Shown here: piece after piece, positions 12,470 to 26,064 of the stretch
Layout of the letters: every line of letters begins with the position of its first letter
Position numbering within the stretch: the stretch's first letter is position 1
Source of the DNA: Psammoneis japonica
Taxonomy: Eukaryota
Direction of reading: 5' to 3'
Assembly: GCA_008632985.1 (NCBI GenBank)
Contig: QPGO01000020.1
Span: 186,001-250,000, forward strand
Length of the DNA stretch: 64,000 nucleotides
Translations under genes and position numbers: made by a program
Notes under the pieces: generated by a model
Databases searched by the model: none
What the model was told of the DNA's origin: nothing
The model's input: only the letters and a program-made list of their open reading frames with translations

Positions 12470-14012
12470 GAATGACTGTGTCTTGTTGTCCACAGCAGAC
12501 ACATTTGTTTGCAAATGAAGAGAGTGGAGACATGACATTGAATGCTTCAATGACCAACAATGTCAGATTTGTCAACCTCAGGGAGAAGGACATCCTCGTT
12601 GCTCTTGGGCTTTGCTTGGTCATTCATGACTGGCGAACCATCATGACTCAGCGACATCCATGTGATTGTTGCAAAATGTCTCATCAGCATCATCTTCATT
12701 GTGACCGCCTCTCCAATCAACTTGACAACAGTGCTTGCAGTCCACAAATGGCTGGGTGCAACAGGTGGAGAGTGCACAACATTGCACGGTTCATCATCAT
12801 CAGCAACACATTCTGTCTTGCACTTGTTGTCTTTGTGCTTTGTCATCCAATTCTTCATGAGCTGATCAAGTTGAAGATGTGGTTTGCCACCAATCCAAGG
12901 ACATTCACTGTTTGTCTGCAAAGACTTTGAGCAATGGCACAAATGGTTGAGCTGTTTTGTTGAACTCAGGGGAGACCACCGATTTGAAGATGATCCAGCA
13001 TGGGGTGAGGTTCTTGCATCCTTTTGATCCAGCATTCAAGGGTTGACTGCATGTGATGTGAAGGAAATTGCCAAGCACATGATTGCATCCAGGCCTGGCA
13101 ACACTGGACCAAAGGAAAGCAACATTCCAAGCAATGCAACCTGTGCTGCTGCCACTGATCTTGACAGGAATGCTGTCAATGATGGCATTTTTAAGAATGT
13201 GCTAGAGAGAACACACTCAAAAACTCTTCCACAGCCACCACCTCCAAGTTGCGCCATTGTCTTCAGAGCAAGCAACCTCAAGTGGAAAAAGCAGAACACA
13301 AGGTGTGAGCATGATGTGGATTTTCAAGATGAGCTGTCCAAGGACATTTTGTTTGCAGCCTGCCCAGATGCCCATGTCAAGCAAGGTGGCAATGAATCCA
13401 GACATGTGGGCCCACACTTCTCAAGCTCTGCCATGGCCGCCCTCCCTCTCATGACAAGATTTTGAGAAAAGCTGAAGGAAGGTGTTTCTTTGAAAGATTT
13501 GGGTTGATGAGGATTGATGGTTGCTGGGTGAGGTTGGCCTGCTGTGTTTCACAAGTTGAGCCCTCTGGCTGTCTTGAGGCATGAGAAGAAAGCAGGGGGG
13601 GTTTCATGTGGCTCCAAGGAGAGAGACATGCATTGTCAACTTTCCTGTTCATGCCGTGGGTTTCATTGACAAAAGAACTCCAAAAATCTGTCAGAGGATG
13701 CAGATGACCCAGTTCCCAGTTTTGTGCAACCACACAACAACTGTGCACAAGCTCCAGGGCAGGACAATTGAGAGCCTGGTTGTCAACAACTCAGACTGCA
13801 GAGACAACTGGGTTTTGTGTGGTGTTCTGTCTAGAGTGACAACAAGAAAGGGACTTTGTCTCAGAAAGAAGCTTGATGGCAAGAAAATGAAGGACATGTC
13901 ATTGGCACTGAATGAGTTCCTTGGTCACTTCAGGCACACAAGAGGGCTTCAAGAAGGCTCTCTGGCTGCTGCTGCTGCTGCTGCAAATGACTGTGCCAGG
14001 CACTGCAACTGA
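12470..14012 (+). mobile_element. Degenerate PIF1-family helicase, probably a Helitron-type relic
   Basis: Collinear frameshifted motifs: IVTAS...GATGGECTTLHG, ELRGDHRFEDDPAWGEVL, DRNAVNDGIF, QFPVLCNHTTTVHKLQGRTIESL and VLSRVTTRKGL. Confidence 0.72.
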
Positions 14013-16149
14013 AGAGTGCAATTGTTGGACATGGATTTTTAACACATCATGCAGTGGTCCTTGTCAGGTGCAGAAATGATGTGGTTGAGTTGTTTGTGCA
14101 CGATCCTCAGTTTGAAAGCAACCAAGTGATTGTTGGCACAAAAAGCACAAGATCCAAAAATTCATCTCTCAATGGAAAAGAAGTGATGCATCATGTTCGC
14201 CGATGCAGGCAAACAATTGAAAGACAAAAGTGACAGCCATTCAAACATTTGCAAACAATGACCTTGAAATGGAAAAATGGCCGATTGATTGGCCAGGAGT
14301 CAATGGCATCCCAGCCAGAAATGATTGATGCAACACGAAATTTGGCATTTTTTGTTGTTGTTGTCAGAGTGATTTTTGTGAAGTCCCAAAGCCTTCAAAA
14401 GTCATTGGATGCTTTTTGTGTGCAAAGACTGCTTGCAAATTTGACCATTTTGAAAGTGGTTGACCCCAAACCCCAGCTTCATCTCATCTGCCTGTCTCCG
14501 GCCACCCAGTTGGGGATCAGGGCAGGGGGGAAGACACAGATGAGTTTTGAAAGGTTTCTCACACAATGAGTGCAAGTGGTGCTTCTGCAATGTCTTGAGC
14601 TGTGCACATGGCCTTCAACATCTGGAAAACATTGTGGCTCTTGTTCAGACTTACCCTCTCTTGTTCAGAATTGTTTGTTCTTGACAAGTTGACAAGCCCT
14701 TGATGTTTGTCAACAAAGGGAGTTTAATTGTTGTTTCAACCTCCCAAGTGGGATTTAACAGTTGACACAAATGGGCCGCATTGTGCACACATTCTTGTCA
14801 GTTTTTCACATCGGCTCATTTTAACATCATTTTTGCATCCACCCACAATTGCACTGACCTTCCAAGCAGGAAACAACAGTTGACAAAACTTGTCACACTT
14901 GCGTTTGTTTCTGTCTCACTTGACAGCTGTGTGTTCACAACAACTTTCTGACATTGCTCGTTTCTGCCTGACAATGGTGATGTTCAACTGCGTTGTTAAC
15001 CTGATTGTGCATCGGCTGTGTGCTGCTCATCATCTGATTTGCAAATGTCCCATTTTGTCATTTCTACACTGCACACCAAACAATGCTCTCTTTTTCCCTT
15101 TCTTGTTTTTCTCCTGCGTTCCACTGGCTCCTGCTGTCCTTTGCAGTTCCCACACAATGGGTGTGATGTTTTGGTCCTTGTGCCCTCCCTTGCAACCACT
15201 CTCACTCTCTCCATGATTGTCTGCACCAGGCAACAACATTGCCCTGCAATGATCTGTTTTAAGTTCCTGTTGTGTGGCAGGCCAAAGCATCACCTGCAAC
15301 AAAAGAAAACTTTGTGCCAATGATCAGGTTTTGTGCATTTTTGTGTTTCTCACAATCTCATCTCATGTGCTGCTTCTGCTCACCTTTGCACCCTTTCCCA
15401 TTGCTGGTCTTCCATTGTTGCAGCTCAGGTCATGTGCCCAAATGTCTGTGTGCAAAAATGTGCACAAGTGTCAGTCATTTGCACTGCATGCCCGATCTCC
15501 ATGCACTCGCCACTTGTTTTTCTCACCTTGTGTCCTGCATTTTTTTCCATCCCATCCGCAATGATGCTGCTGCCTGTCCCCACAGCTTTCATTGTCAAGA
15601 CATTGGATGTCACTTGAGTTTGCTTTTTTTGTCTTGTGAGTGAGCAACAATTTGTGTTTTTGGCCAAAATGCAAGCCTGACCATCAGTTGATTCCTGTTG
15701 GCATCTCTTTTTCAGCAACAATTTTGTTCAAAAATTGATGATTTTGTTGCAACACAATGGTTTGAATGATTTGAAACTGCCTCAATGAATCATTCAGTTG
15801 TTGATGTCACACATGCATTCAATGACTTTGATTTCATCATGTTGGTGTGTTCTTGTTGAGATTGAAATTTTCACACTCATGCTGCACACTCCCAGCTCCG
15901 GGACCTCAATCAACACCTTTTTGATGTTTGGTGTGTTCAACAATTGCCGCTGCCACCAAGACAATTGCCTCTCTCCAGAAAGCTCAGAAACAGACCCTTC
16001 ATGCCAGTGAAATGACCAACTTTGGAGATGAATCTTGAAAAGAAAGTGCACAACTTAAAGGTGGGTCATGTGCTTCTGCTCTCTCTTGGTTTTCCGTCCA
16101 AACAAAAGACAGGGAACACCATGAATTTCCATTCACTGACTCCCTGCCC

Positions 16150-17530
16150 TGGTCATTGTTGGCTCCTCTGGGACACAATGGAGGCACTCAAGGCCATCCA
16201 AAGACAGCTGGGTGCTTGCACTGTCACATGGTGCAGAAAGCTCCCTTGTCTCTGCAGGTGAGGTGGCTGGGCCAAAGCAAGCCAATCACATCAGATGGAA
16301 AAGGGGCTGCATTGGTCCAAGACCAGGCTTTTCCTTCCCAGCCATTGTTGTTCTTGCCTCCTCAGGGACCCAATGAAGTCTCTTGTGACCATCCCAAGAC
16401 AACTGAGTGCTTGTGCTGTCACACAGACAGCTCCCTTGTCTTTCTTGCAAGTTGGTTCTTGGCTGGGCCAAACCCAGTCATGTCAGAGAGACACCAAGGT
16501 GCTGCACTGACACAAGACAAGGCCCTTGCTTCCTGGCCATCAGTGTTGTTGGCTTCTCTAGGATCCAATGAAATCACCAAAAGCCATCCCAAGACAACTG
16601 AGCACTTGCACTGTTGCACAGATGGTTCCCTCATCCTTCTTGCAAGGCGGTTCTTGGCTGGGCCAAACCCAGTCATGTCACAGAGACAAGGTGCTGCACT
16701 TGCAGAAGACAAGGCATTTGCTTCCCAGCCATTGTTGTTGTTGTAAAAAAGCCATCCTAAGACAATGGAGCACTTGCACTGTTGCACAGATGGTTTTCTT
16801 GTCCTTGCAAGTTGGCTGGCTGGGCCAAACCCAGTGATGTCAGAGAGACAAGGGGCTGCATTGACACAAGACAAGGTCTTTGCTTCCCAGCCATCAATGT
16901 CACTGCATTGTCTGGGACCCAATGGAGTCACCCAATGCCATCCCAAGACAATGGAGCAATTGTGCTGTCACACAGATGGTTTTCTTGTCTCTGCAGGTTG
17001 GCTGGATGGGCCAAAGTCAGCCACCATGTCAAAGAGACAAGGTGCTGCATTGATAAAAGACAAGGCATTTGCTTCCCAACCGTTGCTGTCATTGCATCCT
17101 CTGGGACCCAATGGAGTCATCCAATGCCATCCCAAGACAACAGAGCAATTGTGCTGTCACACAGACTTTCTTCTTGTCCTTGCATGTGGGGTGGCTGGGG
17201 GCCAAAGAACCCAGTTATGTCAAAGAGACAGGGTGCTGTGTTGACACAAGACAAGGCCTTTGCTTCCCAACCATTGTTGTCATTGCATCCTCTGGGACCC
17301 AATGGAGCAATCTAATGCCATCCCAAGACAACGGAGGAGCACTTGCACTGTCACACAGATTGTTTTCATGTCTTTGCAGGTGGGGTGGCTGGGCCAAAAA
17401 ACCCAGTCATGTCAAAGAGACAGGGTGCTGTGTTGACACAAGACAAGGCCTTTGCTCCCCAACCATGGTTGTTGACATGTCCCTTGCAACCCAGCAGAGT
17501 GCTCCAATGCAATCCCAACACAACTGCACA
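16150..17530. repeat. Tandem array of about seven diverged ~190-bp units
   Basis: ccatcccaagacaa...gctgggccaaacccagtcatgtca.agagaca...gacacaagacaaggc.tttgcttccca recurs near 16194, 16389, 16584, 16752, 16938, 17127 and 17318. Confidence 0.9.
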
Positions 17531-19241
17531 CCTCCTTTGCTGCATCTGTGGGCCTCATGCTTCCACACCTTGTGCAGCTGGGCATCTTCTTGTTTGTGAA
17601 GTGATCGTGCAACGGGGAAGCTGCTGCCCAAGACATGTCTTGCAACTTCCCAAATCAAGAGTGCAAAGACACCACAATTGAGCCAACACACTCAACAAAT
17701 GCAGACTGAGTGCATTTGGGGTGCATGTCATGAAGGCAGCAACTCAAACCAATGTGCATTTGAGGCAATGATGATGATCTGGCCAGGCATTTGGCAAATG
17801 TTTGCTGGGACATGGGGACACCACCACATTCTCCATTTTAGCTTCTCAAATGGAGTTGGCCTGTGTGCCATGCACCATCCACCCAGCAAGCCTGTTGCTC
17901 CAACTTGAGACACCAAGACATGTCATCAAGCTCAACATCAGAATGAACCCCTTGGAACTGAGGATTTGTGGCTGATGAACTCTGGCCATTGTCTTCATTT
18001 GCAGCAATGGTGACAGGGAAGAAGATGAAACAATCTTCCCAGTCTCTGTCATCTGGCAGTGGCTTTCTAAGCAGTGGAGCCATTGCTTGCTTCATGAGAC
18101 ACAAAGACCATGCCATGGCAAGTTTAAATCTAAGCTGCTCCTCTTCCTGCTGGTGTTCCCAGTGTTTCTCTTCCTGAAGCACTGGGGGTGTGCTTTCCAA
18201 AGTCATCATCAGGGTTGAGGCCAAAATGAACAAAGAAAGAAGAACACTGGAGATGACTTTGAAAATGTCTTTGGAGAGCATGCTTGTTGTTGTTGTCATT
18301 GTCACACATCCAACCAGGACAACAAAGCGGATTGTGACAGGGGCATGCCATTGTTGCTGTTGGTTGTTAGATCGGAGGATGAGTTGTGCAGTGTCCAGCA
18401 GGAAAAAAGGACAGGTGCAGCAGAGACAGAGTAAAGCAAAGGCAGAGAGCTGACAAAATGGAAGAAAAAGGAAACAAATGAAGCTGTTCTTGAGAGGTTT
18501 AAAATGAGCCACACAGGCAACTAAAACAAAGGCAGAGATCTGACAAATGGAGGGGGGGGGAATGAATGAAGCTGTTCTTGACAAGAGTTCAAAATGAGGA
18601 CAAAATGAGCAACACAGGCAACTTCACACAATGCTTTTGGGCCATGTCTGCATTGCCATTGCTGTGATTTTTGACAAAAATGCTCCTCACACCAATGAAA
18701 TCAATTCTTTTTCTTTCCCAAATGCAGACATGCACCGCAACTCAAGTCAACCATGGGATTGGTTGCAGCGGCAGCAACATTTGACACCAAGTGCAAAAAA
18801 CACCTGGAGAGCATGTTAAAATGTCATTGTGATTGTGAGGTGTGTGTCCCAAGAAAGGCATCTTCATTCAAAGCCTTTGATCATCATCTGAACTTTTCAC
18901 TCTCATCTTCTTTGTTTCTTCTGCATCGGACACTGCAGCAAATGTTTTGAAGGTCTAAAATGGAGTGCACTGTGCAGACACCCATGACTTGGATGGCACA
19001 TTCTAAAAAGATGACAGAGAAAGGCATGCACTCTTTCTTTGGTTTTGTTTTCCATGTCAAAAATGGAAGCAAGCGTGGCAATCCTTGCCTGTCACGATCA
19101 TCTGTGGCAATCAATTGCCTCAATGCCTCAATGTCTGTGTCAATCAATGCAAAAGTTTCAATCAATGGCTCAAATGTCACCCTCTGTGACTTAAGGAGAC
19201 TGTCCAGGGCAGTTGTCAGGTGTCAAAAATTTGTGCGAGTT

Positions 19242-19517
19242 TGACAGAAATTGAAGGCAAATGGCAAGAATTCAAACAACAACTCCTCACTGCTGTCTAA
19301 ACAGCAGATGAGTCTCCGCTCAGAGACCGTTGCAGGAGCCGAAAGACGTGTGAGTCGGTGTGATCGGGCTACTGTTGTTGTTCTTGTGAGCCTTGTGGCT
19401 CGAAAGCAAACTACATCGTGCGTGAACGCGCAGAACTAAAGCACACAAAACTGTGCGCGGTAAACTAAACAGCGCGCGACACTTCGCGCGCATCCAAATC
19501 CTGTTCAAATCCTGTCA
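19242..19517 (-). repeat. 3' LTR of the copia element
   Basis: tgacagaaa...aaatcctgtca; 266 of 276 positions match 26080-26355 in manual alignment. Confidence 0.97.
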
Positions 19518-22500
19518 CTCCCCAGTTTGCTTGAGGAGCCACAGAAACAGATTCGACTTCGGATGGAATGAAGTTCCAGAACATGAGGGGGCGGAGAAGG
19601 TCCCAGATTTGGGAGTGACCCCAATGCTTGCTGAGAATGTCAGCAGGGTTGCGGGAGCCTTCGATGAAGTGGAACTCAAGGTAACCAGAGGCAATTGCCT
19701 CACGCACACGGTGGAACGATAGTGCGGTGTGTCGCTTGTGTAACTTGGAGTGCGGGATGGTGGCACTGTCTACAACCGACTTGTTGTCACCGAACATGCA
19801 ACCAACATTGCGGATCGGGATGCCAAGGCAGCGCAGGGTGATGCGCAGGTCGATAATCTGCTCAACACAATTCCTTGCGGCAACAAATTCAGATCCACAG
19901 GTTGCAGTCTCCACGGTGGCTTGTTTCTTGGAGAACCAATCAGCCGGGAATTTGTTGAGGAAGTGGAGCATTCCCATGACAGAGCGTCCGGTGAGCATGC
20001 AATGGCACAAGTTTGCATCGACGCAGTGGGTGGCAGTGACGAACTTGCCAAGGGGCGGTGGAGCGTCCTTCGGGATCATCTCTTCTGCTTCACCATACAC
20101 GGAATGCATCCATTCATGGGCCGGAGCAGGGAGATCCGAACAGTCGGGCTCTTCCGTGCGAACGCGGAGAGCACCGTGTCGCATCTTGGAGAGGCACCCA
20201 CAGACGTGTTTGGCACGATCCAAGTGGCCTTGACGGGGCGCAGCTCGGAAGCTAGAGAGTGACATGACAGCCGTGGCAATGTCAATTCGACCAAGGGACA
20301 CTGCCCATTGGAGTGAACCAACAAGAGACTGGAACTTGTGAATGCCATCGGGTCCCAGCAGTTTGGAAGTGTCCAGTTCGGGGTGGTCACCCTTCTCTAG
20401 AGGTGACAGGGCGTTGGTGGCAGGTTTCTCCCCAAACAGTCGGGCGCAACTGTCGACCATGCGCTCGATGTACTTGCGCGGAGACAGGCACAAGGTTCCG
20501 TCGGGGTCCCGGGAAAAGTCGCAACCCAGATGGAACTCAATGGGTCCCGCACCCTTGAGCTTGAACTTGCACTTTTCCGTGAGAGTGTCGACGAAAGATT
20601 GAGGGTCCTTCATGGCAATGGCGAGGTCATCCACATAAACGGCAATGCATTCACAGTGGTCGCCGTTCCTGCGCATCCAAATGTCGGGTTCGGCGCGGCA
20701 GGGGAAGAAGCCTTCAGCTCGCAGGCAGTCGGCGAAGTGCTCGTGCCAGCGGAGACCGGAGCTGCGCAGTCCATGCAGTGCCTTGTGGATGACAAGGATG
20801 TGTCCTTCGAGTTTGCCAAATTCGGGTCCAGCTACAATGTAAAGCTTCTCCTTGGTGGTGGCTTCAAGGTGGGCATTGCCAATGTCGGTGGCCCATGTCT
20901 CCAGCTCGTTGAGTTCGGCCAGGAAAATCATCAGCCGAAGGCCACGGAGGGAGACTACTCCGGAGTAGACACTGTCGACAGGTACGTCCGTGAGGTGCCC
21001 GTCGGCTACGAGTCGTGCCTTGTGGCGACCGTCGTGTTTCACGTCGCACACCAGGTGCACTCGGATCTTCTTGTGTCCCGCAGGAGGAGTGGAAGACTTG
21101 AAGGGCCCGCAGTCATGGAAGACTTTGCATTCGTCGAGTTGGTCCATCTCGAGATTAGTTGCGTCTCCCCACTTGCGGTTGCCGTTGCGTTCGTCCAGTG
21201 ACATGGCGTGTTTGCAGTTCCGGGGAACTTCGTATCCGCACTTGTGGCGAGGTGCAGTGCGGAAGGAGCGAAGCTTGGCTTGGTTGGCCATGCGAAGTGG
21301 CTTCTTTTGGCGCCTCGCGACAGTGCGGAACCGCTTCCAGCCATCCGTGTCGAGGAGTCCGTTCTCTCGTGCATAGATGGCACAGGTGACGGGGTCGTCC
21401 TTGGCGATGATGGCAAGAGGCTCGGACGTGATCTCCCCACTTTCCCATTCAAGCATGATGTTGTAGCTTGAGCCTTTCCAGGTTGGGTCGTGAGGCTTCA
21501 GAGGTCCTTCGTGTGATGCGATGCGTCGAAATTTCCAAATGGTGGTGTCTTCGTCTTCTTGCTCAATGTGATTCATGATGTCATTGCAGGCAAGGACTTC
21601 CTCGTATTCGTCATTGTTGACAGAGCAGACGAACTTAGTGAGCTCGGGATTGCCGTTCACTTTCCATTCGTGGTCTTCGACGGCCTTGACGATGCGAGCT
21701 CTGTGGCGTTGTCCGTCCTCTTGTGGCTGCATGAGGAAGGTGCGTCCAATGATGTCTTGCGGATCGAAAACTGGCATCTTGGGTGTCCTGATCTCCCCAT
21801 CAGGAGAATCGACGGGGTTGTCGTCATGGCGAGATTTGATGATGGGTTCAGGTGGCTCCCCATCAGGAGGATCAAGACGCAGGTTTCGAACGGCAGGATC
21901 GGGGGCAGCGGAGCGAACGTTGGACCGGCAGAGGATCTTCTGAGTCTCGTCAGATAGGATCTTGAAGGTCATCTGGTGGCCGACGTGCTCAGCAATGCCA
22001 ACGAAGCGTCCACACAACTCACGGGATTCGGACGGCCAATCAGAGTCATCGAGGTGGAAGTGCACTGGTTCCCACCAGTGAAAGCGAAGCAATGGGCTGA
22101 TGTCCGGGGTGGATCCAGTGAGAGTCTCGAGGGGCGTGCGCCAGTGGAGACGTGGGGACGCTGTGTGGTTGAGCATGAAGCACACGTGCATGAGCGCCAG
22201 CAGCCATGTGTGGGCGGGCGAACCAAAACGGTCCATGACAGTGTTCGCCATGCGCTTCACGGTCTGGCATCGACGCTCGGCAAAGTTTTGGTGTTGCTGG
22301 TGAGGCTCACTTTGCCAGCTGGAGATGAAGAGGGCGCGTGGGATCCCGAGCACTTTGTTGCTGATCTCAACTTGAGCACGGTCGCTAATGAGTTTGGATG
22401 GGGCACCACGTTCACGGATCTGATCCTCGAGTGTGTTGACAAACTCTTTGTCCGTCTCAGTGCCGCAGACGTCAGTGACGGTAGACTCGGTGCCAACAAA

Positions 22501-25134
22501 CAGTTGGGCGCTGGTGCAACCAGAGTCGACGGCCGGGGTGTCGGCACAAACGGTGTCAGTGGCGATGGGCTCGTTGCGGCGGTGCACATTAAGGGCGGGG
22601 TTGGGTGATTTGCAGGCCTTGCGAAGGTGTGTACCGGCGGGCATGCGGGCGCACTGCGTGGTGCAGTCAAAAGTGCGACGGACCGCATCGGTGGGTGGGA
22701 AGCCAAAGTGAGGCCGAAGAGACTCGAAGGGGGGGTCCTTGGGCTGTGCAGTGCGCTCCGGAGGTGGAACGTCATCGCCCTGGGGGTCAATCGCATGTAG
22801 ATGACACTCGGAGAACACGTCGTCGTTCGGAATGAGGTGATCATCGAGGGCGGACGCGTGATCGGCAGACAAGGAAGCGGACAAGATGGTCTCGTTGACA
22901 ACGACACGGTGACGGCAGTTGCCGCATTCGTCAAATGGGTTGGCGGTGGGATCGTCCTGTGGGTCAGAGATCGCGTCGCACCACTGGTCGTCGTCAGTGA
23001 CAGAGTGATCGAGGACGGAAGGGTCCCATGTGTCATCACCGGTGAGGATGACATGGGGCAGGGTGTCCCATTCGGCGTCAGTGTAAGGTCGCATGGCAAC
23101 ATGAGGCAGGCCAGCCTTGATGTCAATGGGGATGACATAGCCATCAGGAGTGGCAATGCGTTGCAAGCCGTTGGGCACCTTGACAGAGCGATCGTTGACA
23201 TCCTGTTTGCACCATTCGAGCTGGCCACAGGAATGGATGGTCTTGCCCTTTCCCGTGCATGCGCACTGATGGAGGATGGCGATGACGGGACCACGCTGGG
23301 TCTCAATGACGGCACCAGCTGTGACAATGGGGATGTCCACCAATTGGTGATCGTCAATGCCCTGAACATCGACTTGGCGAGAGGTGCGTGCAATGACGCG
23401 AACGTCGTCGCCAGCAATGCCGCCGTTGGCCCCACGATCGACCAGAGCACCAGTGCGTGTGGAGCGATGAGCAGAGGCAGAGCAAATGACATTGTGGTTG
23501 TTGACGCGGCGGCAAGTGCGGCCATTGAGTTCCATGTCATCTGCAGAAGCTGGCGGGGCAGAGGAAGCGGCGGATGGCCCCGGTCAACTGGCATTGGGGG
23601 CTTGGTTAGGAGACAACAGACGTTGCAGATCACCGGGTGGCAGTGGCTTGCGCTTGGTGAGGTGCGCCAGGATGGGATCATCCGAAGTGGCGTCCACATG
23701 TGGGGCGGAGTCACCAGAGTCAGCAGGAGTCGTGTTGGACAAGTTGACATCACCGTCACTCCCAAGGCGTTGGTCGTGAAGGTTGGCCGCAACAGACTCA
23801 TGGCAGTTGCTGGCTCGCGGGTTGCGGGGAGGTGGACGAGAATGCTCAAGGATGATCGCCTTGGAGGAATCGGGCAACGAATCCCAGAGCCGTTGGTGGT
23901 CGGGAGGGAGACGTCTCCATTGGACACCGGTGAGGCTGGGACCGCGGGTGCAGGCAGCATTGGCTTGAAGGACGTCAACGTCGCTGTCAATGTCGTAGAA
24001 CACATCGTCGGACGGTTCCTCGGAGTGGACGTCGTGTGCGTGTGTGGCGCATCGGGGAGCTCGAGGTGTCGTCTTGGGTTGAAACGTGCTGTCGCACTGA
24101 GCTGCCGCGGAGAGGAGCAAGCCACAGTGTTGATCGCATGTGAGGCTCTTGCCACTCTGCGTGCGATGCTGATCAGCTTGGTTCTTGACAGCACGGAGTT
24201 CCTCGACAGGGTGCATGGCATTCTCGAGCATGACGCGCTTCTGTCCTTCAGAGAAGTGGTCACTGGCCGGGATGAGTGCCTCGCACTTGCGCAACTGATC
24301 TTGCCAATGAAGGATGAACCCGTGGGTCGGACCTTTCCAAGTGCCATCACCAAGACGTGCGGTGGTGAGGCACGTGAGCAGGGTGGAGGACTCGACAGAT
24401 GCGCGGGTGGAGGCAAGCGCGCACTCAGACAAGGAGCGGCAGACGGTCTGTGCGTCAGAAGACCCCACATTTTCGCGAATGAGAGCCTTGCCCTTGTCGG
24501 TGAGAAGGATGCGTTCGAAGACGGCAAACATGTGCTTTTGCTGTTCAGCAAAGAGCAGTTTGTCTTCGGGGCTGGTCGGTTTGTACGACGAGTCTAGAAT
24601 GCACTCGACGTCTTGGGCACGGGCTTGTGCCACAAGTGAGGTGTGCCAAGTGTGCCACTGCTTGTCGGATTTGAGAGCCGTGAAAGCGGTGGGATCACGC
24701 TTGATGCCTCGCTTGAAGTCTCGCACCAGGTCGCGTGCCTTGGTCGGGTTGGTGACATGTGGAGGTGCAAGGGGTGAGCTGCCGATGGACACAGAAGACA
24801 TGCAGTCGGGGCTGAGGCGGTGGGCAAGGAACTCGTCATGCGCGAACAAAGAGGAGTCGTTGGCAACGTCAAGACCTTTGTGTGCTTTGACAATGCACAG
24901 ACTAACCAGTGCTGCCAACATGTTCTTGTAACCACGGGGCAAAGGGATTGCATCAGTGCCGTTGTCATGCTCAAGCGAGTCGATTTGGGACGGCATGAAC
25001 GTGAACAGTTCCTGATGCGAGTCCGTGCCGTCTTGGGCCAAAGCCAAACGAAGAGGACTCCCAGCACCTTGGGCAAGCACGGTTCCAACAACATGCTCGA
25101 AACCATCGGTTTGTTGCTGACGAGTGAGAACCAT
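19465..25134 (-). pseudogene. Copia gag-pol polyprotein, single frame interrupted by one TGA (23586-23584) and riddled with Tyr->Cys/His changes
   Basis: ORFs 23584-25164 and 19465-23535 are in the same frame. Protease LVDRGANGG, integrase IATDT...ISDRAQ...QNFAER, RT KARLVA / DIGNA / AVYVDD, RNase H FSKKQATVETA.GSEF and NPADILSK. Confidence 0.93.
19518..19530 (-). promoter_or_regulatory. Polypurine tract
   Basis: Minus strand GCAAACTGGGGAG lies directly before the TGACAGG start of the 3' LTR. Confidence 0.7.
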
Positions 25135-26064
25135 GGCAGACAAAAGTGGTGTCAGGACAATCAATTCTGGTTGGGAAGCGAAGGCAGACTCGAAACTTGG
25201 GTGAGAACAGACTTGACTTGAAACAGACTTGACTTGAAATCTTGAACTATCTTAAAATCAGAAGTCGCCGGGCTTTGTCACCCCGTTCGTTGTTGAGTGC
25301 TAAACTTCCCATCCGGTCCGCAGAGTTGTGCCGGCACGTCCGAACCCGCAGCCAGCGGCGCTTTGGGTTGCTTGCGAGCGGAGCAGTGGGTTGCAAACCC
25401 CTGCAGGTGAGCTGACTGGAGGTGGACAAGACCCCCGAACCGTTCTTTTTTTACATCAGTTGGATTTCCCGATCAGGCTGGCCAGTTGATGCAGGCGTCA
25501 GGCACTGTGGACGAACGAACAAATGCGGGAAAGCACCCTCGCCCCAACGCAGGCTGCAATCACGGCCACTTGCTCTCACAGTCGTCCTCGTGGACCTAGT
25601 GGAACTGTAGAGCACCAGTAGTCCGGGGTAGATCAGGTGCAATGGACTCGGTGTGCTTGTAGAGTGGCAGCAAAACCGTAGTCCGAAGAGTGGATAAAGG
25701 TTCTTGGCCGTGAAGATATGTATATATATATGTGTATATGTCTTCAGCGACTAAGATCCTTGAATGTGTAGGGTTCTTGACCGTTAACCGAGGAATAGGT
25801 ATATCAAGGGATGTTGATCAAGGATAGACTTGGATATGACCGTTGAATATAAGTCTTCAGCGACCAAAGGTAGTATAATCAATCCAGATATCCAGCGGTA
25901 AGGAGACTTGACGGTGACGTTAACTTCCTGCCGATGCCCTGGTATTGAATGCGCGTAGACTTGCCGATGTATGTAGAATATATACGGAGGTCCACGTAGA
26001 ATTGAAATAGCGTCGTTGGTAAATCAACGACGACGATGGCGGTTGCTCAATGGGTTGACAATGA

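Noticed and set aside
16150..17530. Possible CRISPR array
   Set aside because: The whole ~190-bp unit is repeated with no unique spacers, there are no cas genes, and the context is eukaryotic.
22257..24597. Long overlapping ORFs (764 aa minus strand, 598 aa plus strand) within the copia element
   Set aside because: These are alternative frames of gag-pol kept open by high GC content and loss of TAA/TAG stops; they show no recognisable motifs.
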